From: Candidatus Scatosoma sp.
GTDB lineage: Bacteria > Bacillota > Clostridia > Christensenellales > Borkfalkiaceae
DNA length: 64,000 bases
Reading direction: 5' to 3'
NCBI GenBank assembly: GCA_045644545.1
Contig: JAZRHC010000029.1
Span: forward strand, 13,868-77,867
In this document: positions 18,829-27,665 of the stretch, piece by piece
Layout: each line of letters begins with the position of its first letter
How positions within the stretch are numbered: position 1 is the stretch's first letter
Made by a program: the position numbers and the translations under genes
Notes under the pieces: generated by a model
Databases searched by the model: none
What the model was told of the DNA's origin: nothing
What the model saw: the letters and a program-made list of their open reading frames with translations, nothing else

Positions 18829-18857
18829 TTGCTTTTCGTAATAGCTTATGATATAAT
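18829..18857 (+). promoter_or_regulatory. SigmaA-type promoter (extended -10)
   Basis: TTGCTT, a 17-nt spacer ending in TGa, then TATAAT. Confidence 0.55.
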
Positions 18858-18883
18858 AGATACGAGAATATAGGAGGGGAACT

Positions 18884-19588
18884 ATGCAACAGGAAACGAC
18901 GGCAACGCCCGTTCTCGACGGGGATAAACCCACGGCGGCGTTTATCAAAGAATACGAAAAATGGAAGCCGCTCTATTCGGGCGCGTTGAAAACCGCGCGC
19001 ACGCGTTTCGAGATCTTAGACGACGAATTTAGTATGATTCAGGGTCACGATCCCATTCACAGCATACAAACCCGCTTAAAAACGGTGGAAAGCGCCTATG
19101 AAAAGCTGAAAAGAAGAGGCTACGCGCAAATCCCCGCGAATTTATCGAAGATCAAGGATATCGCGGGCGTACGAGTCGTGTGCAGTTATTTAGAGGATAT
19201 CTATAAAATCGCGCGCGTTTTCCTCAATCAAAACGGGGTTCGGTTGTTGACGGAAAAGGATTATATAAAAGAGCCGAAATCCAACGGTTACAGAAGCTTG
19301 CATCTGATCGTGGAAATGCCCGTGTCGCTTTCGGCTATTAAAATGGGCGTACCCGTGGAAATACAGCTTCGCACTATTTCAATGAATATGTGGGCGAGTC
19401 TTGAACACGAGGTTTCCTATAAAGTCAATAAAGAGCTCTTGGATTCGTATAGAGAGGAGCTGAAAGCTTGTGCGGACGATTTGTTCGGCGTGGAAGAGCG
19501 TATGCAACGTCTGTGCCAAAAAATACGAAAAGAGCCGAATTCAATCATAGAAGAAGAAAACCAAATATTTGCAAAAGAAAACGGTTAA
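18884..19588 (+). CDS. Small alarmone synthetase, a RelA/SpoT-domain (p)ppGpp synthetase of RelQ/RelP type
   Basis: Motifs DIAGVRVVC, GYRSLHLIVEMPV, VEIQLRTISMNMWASLEH. Length is about 230 aa with no hydrolase domain. Confidence 0.85.
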   Translation: MQQETTATPVLDGDKPTAAFIKEYEKWKPLYSGALKTARTRFEILDDEFSMIQGHDPIHSIQTRLKTVESAYEKLKRRGYAQIPANLSKIKDIAGVRVVCSYLEDIYKIARVFLNQNGVRLLTEKDYIKEPKSNGYRSLHLIVEMPVSLSAIKMGVPVEIQLRTISMNMWASLEHEVSYKVNKELLDSYREELKACADDLFGVEERMQRLCQKIRKEPNSIIEEENQIFAKENG

Positions 19589-19596
19589 AGGGAAAA

Positions 19597-20595
19597 ATGG
19601 GATACGCCGCGGAAAAGAAAAAAATCGAAAAGAAAAAGAAAAAAATCCGTTGGATCATTTTTGGCATCGTGATAGCGATAGCAGTCGGCTTAGTGATCTT
19701 TTCGCTATTCTATCCTGCGCAAACTTGGAAATATTATTTTTCTTTGCCGAGCGTTTCCGAGCGTAAAGCAGGGGAATTGAGAATACATTTTCTCGACGTA
19801 GGTCAAGGCGATTGCACGATTTTAGAGCTTCCCGACGGTAAAACGATGATGATCGACGGCGGGAATGGAAGCGAGAAAAACGTGGGGCGGGTAATGCGCT
19901 ATCTCAACGCGCTCGATATCCAAACGATCGATTATCTTTTGTTGACCCACGCCGACGGCGATCACGCGGGCGGGCTGGATAGCGTGCTCGAATATAAAAC
20001 GGTAAAAACCGTCTATTATCCCAATTTGGAAGATCCTGCCGTAAATCAAGAGTACGCTTCGTTTTATTCCGCGCTTTTGGACGAGGAGTGTAAAAAAGTG
20101 CGCTCCGAGCGGTATTTGACGATTACCTCCACCAAGGAGAAATATTCCTTTACGCTCACGTTTTTATATCCTTATTCCAAGCAGAGCGGCGCGGAAACAG
20201 GGACGGCAAACGATAGCTCGGCGATCGTTTGGTTGGATTATCAAGGCGTAAGCGCGATATTTTGCGGCGACGCTTCGAGCGAGGTGGAAAAAAGGTTGAT
20301 CACGGAAGATTCCCTCGGCTTGTTCGAGGGAACGGGCGTAACCCTTCAAAGCACCGAGATATTGAAGGTTGCCCACCACGGGAGCGCGGATTCCACTTGC
20401 GAGGAGTTCGTCGAATATCTCGGCGTGAAAACGGCGATCGTTTCCGTTGGGAAGGATAACGAATACGGGCATCCTTCCGTGGAGGCACGGCAAACGCTTT
20501 CAAAAGCGGGAGCGGAGATTCTTCGAACGGACGAATTGGGCAATATTATGCTGACCATCAAGGACGGAAGCTATAAAACGAAAATCGTGAAATAA
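19597..20595 (+). CDS. Membrane-anchored MBL-fold hydrolase (ComEC C-terminal domain-like)
   Basis: N-terminal TM is IRWIIFGIVIAIAVGLVIFSLF. MBL motifs are HFLDVGQGDCTILELPDGKTMMIDGG, LLLTHADGDHAGG and VAHHGS. ATG at 19597 lies downstream of the stop of the previous gene. Confidence 0.75.
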   Translation: MGYAAEKKKIEKKKKKIRWIIFGIVIAIAVGLVIFSLFYPAQTWKYYFSLPSVSERKAGELRIHFLDVGQGDCTILELPDGKTMMIDGGNGSEKNVGRVMRYLNALDIQTIDYLLLTHADGDHAGGLDSVLEYKTVKTVYYPNLEDPAVNQEYASFYSALLDEECKKVRSERYLTITSTKEKYSFTLTFLYPYSKQSGAETGTANDSSAIVWLDYQGVSAIFCGDASSEVEKRLITEDSLGLFEGTGVTLQSTEILKVAHHGSADSTCEEFVEYLGVKTAIVSVGKDNEYGHPSVEARQTLSKAGAEILRTDELGNIMLTIKDGSYKTKIVK

Positions 20596-20597
20596 AG

Positions 20598-20625
20598 AAA
20601 ACGGCAACCTTTTGGCTGCCGTTTT
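20598..20625 (+). terminator. Intrinsic terminator
   Basis: The stem aaaacggcaacc / ggctgccgtttt has a tttt loop and a trailing T-run. Confidence 0.65.
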
Positions 20626-20720
20626 ATCATAGAAAGCATTAAAAAAAGGGCAAATTGTTTAAAAAAGAGGAAAATTTTTCAAAATTTAAAAGATTAACAC
20701 ATAATTTCACCTCATTTTCA

Positions 20721-20749
20721 TTGTAAAGGAAGAAAAAATTTGCTATAAT
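20721..20749 (+). promoter_or_regulatory. SigmaA-type promoter of the ecf operon
   Basis: TTGTAA, a 17-nt spacer, then TATAAT (20744-20749). The ORF-track ATG at 20752 would lie at or before the transcription start. Confidence 0.55.
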
Positions 20750-20820
20750 ATATGGAAGAAGAAAAGGGAGCGGTCCGCGCGAAAATTGCGCGTCAGCCCA
20801 AAACCGTCGGACGGAGTCGT

Positions 20821-22707
20821 ATGAAAGCAATAGAATTTGAAAAAGTGCGTTTTTCGTATAAAACCAACGATTCGGAAGAGAATGATCAACCGTTCTCCTC
20901 CGAAGGCGTTTTTGCGTTAAACGAAATAAATTTTTCCGTCGAAGAAGGCGAATTCGTCGCGGTGTTAGGGCACAACGGGAGCGGAAAATCCACGCTTGCA
21001 AGGCTTATTAACGGTCTTTTAACCCCCACGGAAGGGAAGATCACCGTGTTCGGGCTCGACGTTTCCGATTCCAAGCAGCTTTTTGAGATTCGTAAAAACG
21101 TTGGCATCGTCTTTCAAAATCCCGATAATCAAACGGTCGCTTCCATCGTTGAGGATGACGTAGCCTTTGGTCCTGAAAATATCGGCGTGCCGAGGGCGGA
21201 GATCGGGGAGCGTATCGATTTTGCCTTAAAAGCCGTCGGAATGGAAGAATACCGAAGCGGCACGACCTCCCGTTTGTCGGGCGGACAAAAACAACGCGTT
21301 GCGATCGCGGGCGTACTTGCGTTGAAGCCGCGTATAATGATTTTGGACGAGTCTACCGCAATGCTCGATCCGCGCGGCAGAAAGGAAGTCCTCGACGTCG
21401 TTTTAAAACTCAAAAAAGAAGAAAATATCACCGTCCTTTTGATCACGCATTTTCCCGAGGAAGCGATGCTTGCCGATAGGGCGATCGTGATGAACCGCGG
21501 CGAGATCGTAATGCAAGGCAAGCCTTCGGATATTCTTTGCCGCGAAGAAGAACTCGAAACGTATAATCTCACCCTTCCCAAGCCCGTGAAAATTTGCCGT
21601 GATTTAAGGCGCGGAGGCTTTTCCGTAAAGGATTGTTTAACGCCCGAAGCGTTGGCTCGGGAAATCTCCGATGGCTTTTGCGCGCGGGGGATTACGTCGG
21701 GCGAAACCGCGAGAGTAGAGGAGGATTTTGCTCGTTCCGATTCGTCTATGGCGAAGGGAAAAGGCGGCGTATACTGCGAAAATCTGCGTTATATTTATAA
21801 CCCTTCTTCGCCGTTTGCCACGCACGCGTTGAGCGGCGTGGATATCCAGATCCGCGCTGGCGAGTTTTTCGGCGTGATCGGGCATACGGGTAGCGGTAAA
21901 TCCACTTTCGTTCAGCACTTGAACGCGCTTTTAAAAACGCCGACGGCGGAAAAGAAATATAAACCCAAAAAGCTTAAAAAAGGACAAACCCCGCTCCCGC
22001 CGATCACCTTGACGGTCAACGGCTACGACCTCACGGATAAAAAGACGAATTTCCGCGAGCTGAGAAGCAAGGTCGGAATGGTGTTTCAATACCCCGAATA
22101 TCAGTTGTTTGCCGAAACGGTGTTTGCCGACGTGGCGTTCGGACTGAATAATTTTTCGGTCGAGCCGCTTAGCGAGGCGCAAATCGAAGAAGCCGTAAAA
22201 GAGGCGATCGAAACGGTGGGGCTGGATTATAACGAAATGAAAAATCGTTCCCCGTTCGAGCTCTCGGGCGGGCAAAAACGCCGCGTTGCGATCGCGGGCG
22301 TAATCGTAACCAAGCCCGAAATCCTCGTGTTGGACGAGCCTGCGGCGGGGCTTGACCCGCTCGGAAAAGAGGAGATTATGCAGCTTCTGCATAAGATTCA
22401 CAAAGAATGGTGCAAAACGGTGATTATCGTATCCCACGATATGGACGAAATTTCCGAAAACTGCACGCGCGCGGCGGTGTTCTCTGAGGGAAAGGTCGTT
22501 TTGAACGCAAGACCGCAGGATTTGTTCGAGCAATACGGCGCACTTTCCTCGCTCGGGCTCGACGCGCCCTTCACGGCGAAAACCGTTTCCCTTCTCAAAG
22601 AAAAGGGATATTTTATCCGTTCCAACTTCACGAGCGGGGATTTCGTGGAAAAAGTGCTCGCGTTTGCGAGCGGCGAAAACCGCAAAGGAGGGCAAGCGAA
22701 TGAATGA
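20821..22707 (+). CDS. ecfA: Energy-coupling factor transporter ATPase with two ABC domains (EcfA1-EcfA2) in one ORF
   Basis: Domain 1 has GHNGSGKSTLARLI, LSGGQKQRVAIAG and ILDEST. Domain 2 has GHTGSGKSTFVQHL, LSGGQKRRVAIAG and VLDEPAAGLD. There is no stop between the domains. Confidence 0.85.
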   Translation: MKAIEFEKVRFSYKTNDSEENDQPFSSEGVFALNEINFSVEEGEFVAVLGHNGSGKSTLARLINGLLTPTEGKITVFGLDVSDSKQLFEIRKNVGIVFQNPDNQTVASIVEDDVAFGPENIGVPRAEIGERIDFALKAVGMEEYRSGTTSRLSGGQKQRVAIAGVLALKPRIMILDESTAMLDPRGRKEVLDVVLKLKKEENITVLLITHFPEEAMLADRAIVMNRGEIVMQGKPSDILCREEELETYNLTLPKPVKICRDLRRGGFSVKDCLTPEALAREISDGFCARGITSGETARVEEDFARSDSSMAKGKGGVYCENLRYIYNPSSPFATHALSGVDIQIRAGEFFGVIGHTGSGKSTFVQHLNALLKTPTAEKKYKPKKLKKGQTPLPPITLTVNGYDLTDKKTNFRELRSKVGMVFQYPEYQLFAETVFADVAFGLNNFSVEPLSEAQIEEAVKEAIETVGLDYNEMKNRSPFELSGGQKRRVAIAGVIVTKPEILVLDEPAAGLDPLGKEEIMQLLHKIHKEWCKTVIIVSHDMDEISENCTRAAVFSEGKVVLNARPQDLFEQYGALSSLGLDAPFTAKTVSLLKEKGYFIRSNFTSGDFVEKVLAFASGENRKGGQANE

Positions 22708-23509
22708 CGTTTCCTTCGGGCAATATTATCCCGCTTCTTCCTTTATCCATAAATGCGATCCGCGTACGAAAATCTTGTTTTTGATCGCGTTTATCGTCGC
22801 CGTGTTTATCGCGGATACCTTCTATGCGCTCGGCGCTTGCGCGTTCTTGTTCGTGCTCGTCGCGGCGTTTTCAAAAGTACCCGTCAAAAGCCTTTTAAAA
22901 TCCGTCAAAGCTATTTTGTTTTTGCTCGCGTTTACTGCGTTTTTGAACTTGTTTTTTTATAGCGGCAAAACGGTGCTTGCAAGTTGGTGGATTTTCACGA
23001 TCACGAAAGAAGGCTTAATCTACGCCGCGTTCTTGGCGGTTCGGCTCTTTTTGTTGGTGCTTGCGTCTACGCTTTTAACGCTTACGACCTCGCCAGTATC
23101 GTTGACGGACGGTATCGAAAGCTTGCTATATCCTTTAAAGCTCATTCGCTTCCCCGTGCACGAGCTCGCGCTCATAATGTCTATCGCGCTTCGGTTTATC
23201 CCTATTTTAACCGACGAAACCTCGCGGATTATGAACGCGCAAAAAGCGCGTGGCGCGGACTTTGAAACGGGCGGGCTGATCAAGCGCGTGAAAGCCGTCC
23301 TTCCCGTGCTCATACCGCTGATTATCAGCGCGGTGAGAAGGGCGGACGAGCTGGGCGACGCGATGGATGCGCGTTGCTATTCGGGCGGTAAGCGCACGAA
23401 ATATAAAAAATTGACCTTTGCTTGGCGGGATTTAATCGCGTTCCTGTTGGTGGCGTTGCTCATTACGGGCGTGATTTTGCTCAAAATTTATCTGCCTGCG
23501 GTCGTATGA
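22700..23509 (+). CDS. ecfT: Energy-coupling factor transporter transmembrane protein EcfT
   Basis: Starts MNDVSFGQYYPASSFIHKCDPRTKI. Multi-TM, with the AQKARGADFE motif. AAGGAGG lies upstream. It overlaps ecfA by 8 nt. Confidence 0.85.
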   Translation: MNDVSFGQYYPASSFIHKCDPRTKILFLIAFIVAVFIADTFYALGACAFLFVLVAAFSKVPVKSLLKSVKAILFLLAFTAFLNLFFYSGKTVLASWWIFTITKEGLIYAAFLAVRLFLLVLASTLLTLTTSPVSLTDGIESLLYPLKLIRFPVHELALIMSIALRFIPILTDETSRIMNAQKARGADFETGGLIKRVKAVLPVLIPLIISAVRRADELGDAMDARCYSGGKRTKYKKLTFAWRDLIAFLLVALLITGVILLKIYLPAVV

Positions 23510-23519
23510 GGAGAGAAAT

Positions 23520-24269
23520 ATGCGATACGCCTTGAAAATCTCCTACGATGGTACGAACTTTGCGGGTTGGCAACGGCAGAAAAACGCGCCGTCCGTGCAG
23601 GAAACGCTGGAAGCCGCGCTAAAAACGGCGTTTGGAAAAGAAATCAAAGCGACGGCGAGCGGCAGAACGGACGCGGGCGTACACGCCGCAGGGCAGGTCT
23701 GCCATTTCGACGACGATACGCTCACGATCCCCGCGGAAAAATTGCCCGACGCGCTCAATCGTTTTTTGCCTTCCTCCGTGCGCGTTCTCGAAGGCTGGAA
23801 CGCAGACGAGGGGTTTGATAGCAACCGTAGCGCAAAGCGGAAAACCTATTGCTATTCGCTCTACGAAGCATTCAGGGAAATGCCGCTGAAAGAACGCTAC
23901 GCCGTGCGAGTCGAACGGCTTCCGAGTTTGGAAATCTTACGAAAATACGCCCGTCTTTTCGAAGGCGAGCACGATTTCAAAGCCTTTTGCGCTTCGGGGT
24001 CGTCGGTGAAAACCACCGTGCGAACGGTCTATTCCGTTAAGATAGAAGAATCGTATTCGTTCGGCGGTCGGGATATTAAAATTTTCGTCACGGGCAACGG
24101 CTTTTTATATAATATGGTGCGCACGCTCGTCGGGGAGCTTCTCGATTTATGCGAAAACAGAAAAACGGCGGAAAGCTTGGAAAGGGCGTTTATAACGGGC
24201 GCAAGAGAGCTTTTGGGTAAAACGATGCCCGCAAAGGGCTTAACGCTTATGCGGGTAGAATATATTTAA
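23520..24269 (+). CDS. truA: tRNA pseudouridine(38-40) synthase TruA
   Basis: Motifs YDGTNFAGWQRQ and the catalytic GRTDAGVHA. It sits after ecfT, as in many Bacillota. Confidence 0.9.
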   Translation: MRYALKISYDGTNFAGWQRQKNAPSVQETLEAALKTAFGKEIKATASGRTDAGVHAAGQVCHFDDDTLTIPAEKLPDALNRFLPSSVRVLEGWNADEGFDSNRSAKRKTYCYSLYEAFREMPLKERYAVRVERLPSLEILRKYARLFEGEHDFKAFCASGSSVKTTVRTVYSVKIEESYSFGGRDIKIFVTGNGFLYNMVRTLVGELLDLCENRKTAESLERAFITGARELLGKTMPAKGLTLMRVEYI

Positions 24270-24311
24270 CTTTAAAACAACGGGAGAGCCGCGATCGCGG
24301 CGTATAGTTTT

Positions 24312-25199
24312 ATGGAATTTTATTCGATATTTCAATTTATGGCAGGATTTTTCGGCACGCCTGTTTTCGATGCGGAAACGGGTTTACCCGTCGATTATAT
24401 CTATACTTTTCAGAGTTTCTTTTTAACGCTCGGGGTGTCTTTGGGAATATTGGTGGGCTTAAGCGTTTTGCAGGGATTCGGATTTTATGCAATGGCAAAA
24501 AAAAGAAATCTTAAAGGAAAATGGCGGGCGTTCGTTCCGTTTATAAATATTCATTTGATGGGACAGCTTGCGGGCGAATGTTCCTTTTTCGGGCATAAAA
24601 TGAAGCGTACTTGGCTCTACGTTTTAATCACGCAAATCGCTTCGACAATTCTTTGTACGGTGGAAATCGTAGCGATCGGGGTTTTAAATATGAAATACGC
24701 GCATTATCCGATTGGGCAGGAGCTTCCCGCGAATATTGCAAGACTGTCTAATTATTATGAAAATAGCGGTTTTTTGATTATGATTGTCAATTTTGCGTAT
24801 GAAATTCTAATGCTCATTCTATTTATGGCGTTACTCAAAAAATATTACGCAAAAGGCTATACGATGCTTTCCGTTTTTTCTTTTATTTTGCCTATCGTAC
24901 GCTATGTAGTTATCTTTGTCGTGCGCAATAATAAAGCGATCGACTACGAGGCGTATATGCGCGCTCGCCGCGAGGAGTTTATTCGCCGTCAGCAACAATA
25001 CGGCAATCCCTACGGCAGACCGTACGGAAATCCGTATAATCAAGGGCAAACGAGCGGAAATCAACAGCCTAAGCAGCCGCAAGACCCCTTTGGAGAGTTC
25101 GGCGGGAACGGTCAGAGCGCGCAGGGAGATTCGCCGTTTGAGGATATCGACGGCGCGAATAATCAAAATTCGGGCAATTCGGAAGACTTTTTTAATTGA
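24312..25199 (+). CDS. Hypothetical polytopic membrane protein with a Q/N/G/P-rich C-terminal tail
   Basis: About 5-6 hydrophobic segments. The tail is QQQYGNPYGRPYGNPYNQGQTSGNQQPKQPQDPFGEFGGNGQSAQGD. No clear RBS at 24312, so the start is uncertain. Confidence 0.5.
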   Translation: MEFYSIFQFMAGFFGTPVFDAETGLPVDYIYTFQSFFLTLGVSLGILVGLSVLQGFGFYAMAKKRNLKGKWRAFVPFINIHLMGQLAGECSFFGHKMKRTWLYVLITQIASTILCTVEIVAIGVLNMKYAHYPIGQELPANIARLSNYYENSGFLIMIVNFAYEILMLILFMALLKKYYAKGYTMLSVFSFILPIVRYVVIFVVRNNKAIDYEAYMRARREEFIRRQQQYGNPYGRPYGNPYNQGQTSGNQQPKQPQDPFGEFGGNGQSAQGDSPFEDIDGANNQNSGNSEDFFN

Positions 25200-25223
25200 C
25201 GCTCGCAATTGAATAGCAAAAGT

Positions 25224-25267
25224 AAAGACGGGAAATAAGTAAAAGTTATATTTTCCGTCTTTTTTTG
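25224..25267 (+). terminator. Intrinsic terminator
   Basis: The stem aaagacggg...ccgtcttt is followed by ttttttt. Confidence 0.6.
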
Positions 25268-25288
25268 CGAAAAACAACTTTTAAACAG

Positions 25289-25318
25289 TTTACAATACTA
25301 AGGCGTTTGTGGTATAAT
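25289..25318 (+). promoter_or_regulatory. SigmaA-type promoter of mnmE (extended -10)
   Basis: TTTACA, an 18-nt spacer ending in TGg, then TATAAT (25313-25318). Confidence 0.5.
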
Positions 25319-25371
25319 ATAAGCGTTAATTATAAAGCTAAAATTCCGCCTTGCGCGGTAGGAGAAAAGCC

Positions 25372-26712
25372 GTGTTGGAAGAAAATATTTCGGCGATCGC
25401 AACGCCGAACGGAAAAGGGGGAGTCGCGATCATTCGTATCAGCGGAAAATCGCCACTCGAAATCGCCTCGAAAATGTTCACGCCCGTGGGAAAGACGGGC
25501 GTTTTGCAGTTTGAACCGTACAGAATGTACCCCGGGCAAATCCACGCGGGCAATTTTTCCGACTACGGACTTTGCGTATATTTTAAAGCGCCCAAAAGCT
25601 TCACGGGCGAGGATATCGTAGAATTTCATTGTCACGGCGGCGAAAGCGTTGCGCGCGGGATCTTGAAGCGCACCTTTGCCTTAGGCGCGAAAAGTGCGGG
25701 GAAAGGCGAATTTACCCGTCGCGCGTTTTTAAACGGAAAGCTTTCCTTGGCGGCGACCGAAGGTCTTGCGGATATGATCAACGGCGATTCGGAGGCGGAG
25801 GTCAAGGCGGGCTATCTGCTGTATAGCGAAAAGCTCACCGAACGGGTCACGGCGATACAAGCCGAACTCAAAACCCTGCTTGCGGGAATCGACGCGTCAG
25901 TGGATTATCCCGAAGAGGATATCGAAGAGCAGCATATCGACGAGCTGGAAATTGCGCTGAAAGGCGTTTCCGCGCGGCTTGGCGAGCTTGTCGGCGGCTA
26001 TCGCACGGGTAAAAAAATCAAATCGGGCGTGACCGTGGCGATCTGCGGCAAGCCGAATACGGGCAAAAGCTCGCTGTTAAATAGGCTGTTAGGCTACGAT
26101 AAAGCCATCGTTTCGGATATCGCGGGCACGACTCGCGACGCCGTGGAAGGCACGATCGAAATCAAAGGGCGAAAGTTTAATCTTTACGATACGGCGGGCG
26201 TTCGGGAAAGTGGCGACGAAATCGAGAATATCGGTATCAAGCGCGCGGAATCCATTATTAAATCAGCCGACCTCGCGATTTTCGTAACCGATTTTATAAG
26301 CGGAGCGGACGAAGAGGACGTTCGGGTTCTTGAAATGATAAAAGAAAAGCCACTTATCAAAATTATCAACAAAGCGGATTTATCGTGCGACGACACGCCG
26401 ACGGACGCGGACGCGCATACCTCTGCCGTTACGGGCGAGGGGATAGAAAAGCTCAAAGAGCTAATGTATGAAAAGAGCTTCGGCTCGCAGAGCGAGGACG
26501 CGGCGTTTTTAATCGAAGAACGGCATTTCGAAGCTTTGACGCGGGCTAAAAAAAGTGTGGATAAAGCGATTTTCGCTTGTAAAGTTCAGCCGCTCGATAT
26601 TATCGGGATCGACGTAAAAGAAACTTGGGACGCGCTCGGCGAGATTACGGGCGAAACGGCAACGGAAGCGATTATCGAGGAGATATTCTCCAAATTCTGC
26701 GTAGGGAAATAA
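25372..26712 (+). CDS. mnmE: tRNA modification GTPase MnmE
   Basis: Motifs ISAIATPNGKGGVAIIRISG, G1 GKPNTGKSSLLN, DTAG, NKAD, and the C-terminal FCVGK. GTG at 25372 lies 7 nt after AGGAG. An alternative TTG start is at 25351. Confidence 0.9.
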   Translation: MLEENISAIATPNGKGGVAIIRISGKSPLEIASKMFTPVGKTGVLQFEPYRMYPGQIHAGNFSDYGLCVYFKAPKSFTGEDIVEFHCHGGESVARGILKRTFALGAKSAGKGEFTRRAFLNGKLSLAATEGLADMINGDSEAEVKAGYLLYSEKLTERVTAIQAELKTLLAGIDASVDYPEEDIEEQHIDELEIALKGVSARLGELVGGYRTGKKIKSGVTVAICGKPNTGKSSLLNRLLGYDKAIVSDIAGTTRDAVEGTIEIKGRKFNLYDTAGVRESGDEIENIGIKRAESIIKSADLAIFVTDFISGADEEDVRVLEMIKEKPLIKIINKADLSCDDTPTDADAHTSAVTGEGIEKLKELMYEKSFGSQSEDAAFLIEERHFEALTRAKKSVDKAIFACKVQPLDIIGIDVKETWDALGEITGETATEAIIEEIFSKFCVGK

Positions 26713-26753
26713 AATCAAAAAAGATAAGGGAAGAAAGAAAATCGGGGAAAAGT

Positions 26754-27647
26754 ATGGTAAATTTAGATTTATACAGGGTATTTTATACGGTGGCAAAATG
26801 TGGCAGCTTAACGCGTGCGGCAGAGGAATTATATATTTCTCAGCCCGCCGTTTCACAATCGATTAAGCAGCTTGAAAATCAACTCGGCGTTTCGCTGTTT
26901 AACCGCACTCATCGCGGTATGGAGCTTTCCGCAAGAGGGGGAAAGCCTATTTTTGCAAAAGTAGAGCAAGCGCTCGAGCTTTTGGGCGAGGCGGAAGATT
27001 TGCTCACCGAAATCAACACGTCCGCGACGGGCGCAATCCGTATCGGGGCTTCGGAAGCGATTTTCGAATATTTCCTCTCGGAAAAGATCGTGGAGTTTCA
27101 CGAAAAGTTTCCCGCCGTCAAGATCGAGCTTTCCACGGGCGTAACGCCCAAAACGGTGGAAGAGCTGAAAGCCCGCCAATGCGACGTGGCGTTCGTGAAT
27201 TTGCCGATCGAATCGGATAGCGAGCTCAAACTCTACGGCAATTGTATGCGCCTTACGGATATCTTCGTCGTGGGCGAAAAGTTCGTTGAGTTAACGCATA
27301 ACGTAATGCCGCTTACGAAGCTGAAAAATTATCCGCTCATCACGCTGGATTCCAACACGGTGGCGCGGCGCTCCTTCGATAATTTTTGCAAATCCCTCGG
27401 CATCGAGCTTGCGCCCGCCGTCGAGGTGGGGAGCTGGGATATGCTCAAACGCCTTGTTTCAAGCGGTATGGGTATCGGCGTAATTCCCCGCGAATACGTC
27501 TTGCAAAATCTCGAAGAAAAGACCCTTTATCAGCTCACGACCGACCCCGTACTTCCCGTCCGTTCGGTGGGAATGTTACTTCCCAAGCACGGAACGATGA
27601 CCTACGCGCTTCGTTGCTTTTTATCCCTCTTCAACATTCGTTTATAA
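26754..27647 (+). CDS. LysR-family transcriptional regulator
   Basis: The N-terminal HTH is LDLYRVFYTVAKCGSLTRAAEELYISQPAVSQSIKQLE. Length is about 297 aa. Confidence 0.85.
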   Translation: MVNLDLYRVFYTVAKCGSLTRAAEELYISQPAVSQSIKQLENQLGVSLFNRTHRGMELSARGGKPIFAKVEQALELLGEAEDLLTEINTSATGAIRIGASEAIFEYFLSEKIVEFHEKFPAVKIELSTGVTPKTVEELKARQCDVAFVNLPIESDSELKLYGNCMRLTDIFVVGEKFVELTHNVMPLTKLKNYPLITLDSNTVARRSFDNFCKSLGIELAPAVEVGSWDMLKRLVSSGMGIGVIPREYVLQNLEEKTLYQLTTDPVLPVRSVGMLLPKHGTMTYALRCFLSLFNIRL

Positions 27648-27665
27648 TATTAAGGAACACGATTT

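Noticed and set aside
20752-20820. Upstream ATG start for ecfA
   Set aside because: It sits 2 nt after the predicted -10 box, so it is probably not transcribed as part of the mRNA. ATG 20821 gives the canonical N-terminus MKAIEFEKVRFSY.
21931-22695. 254-aa minus-strand ORF
   Set aside because: It is antisense to the second ABC domain of ecfA, whose Walker and signature motifs are unambiguous on the + strand.
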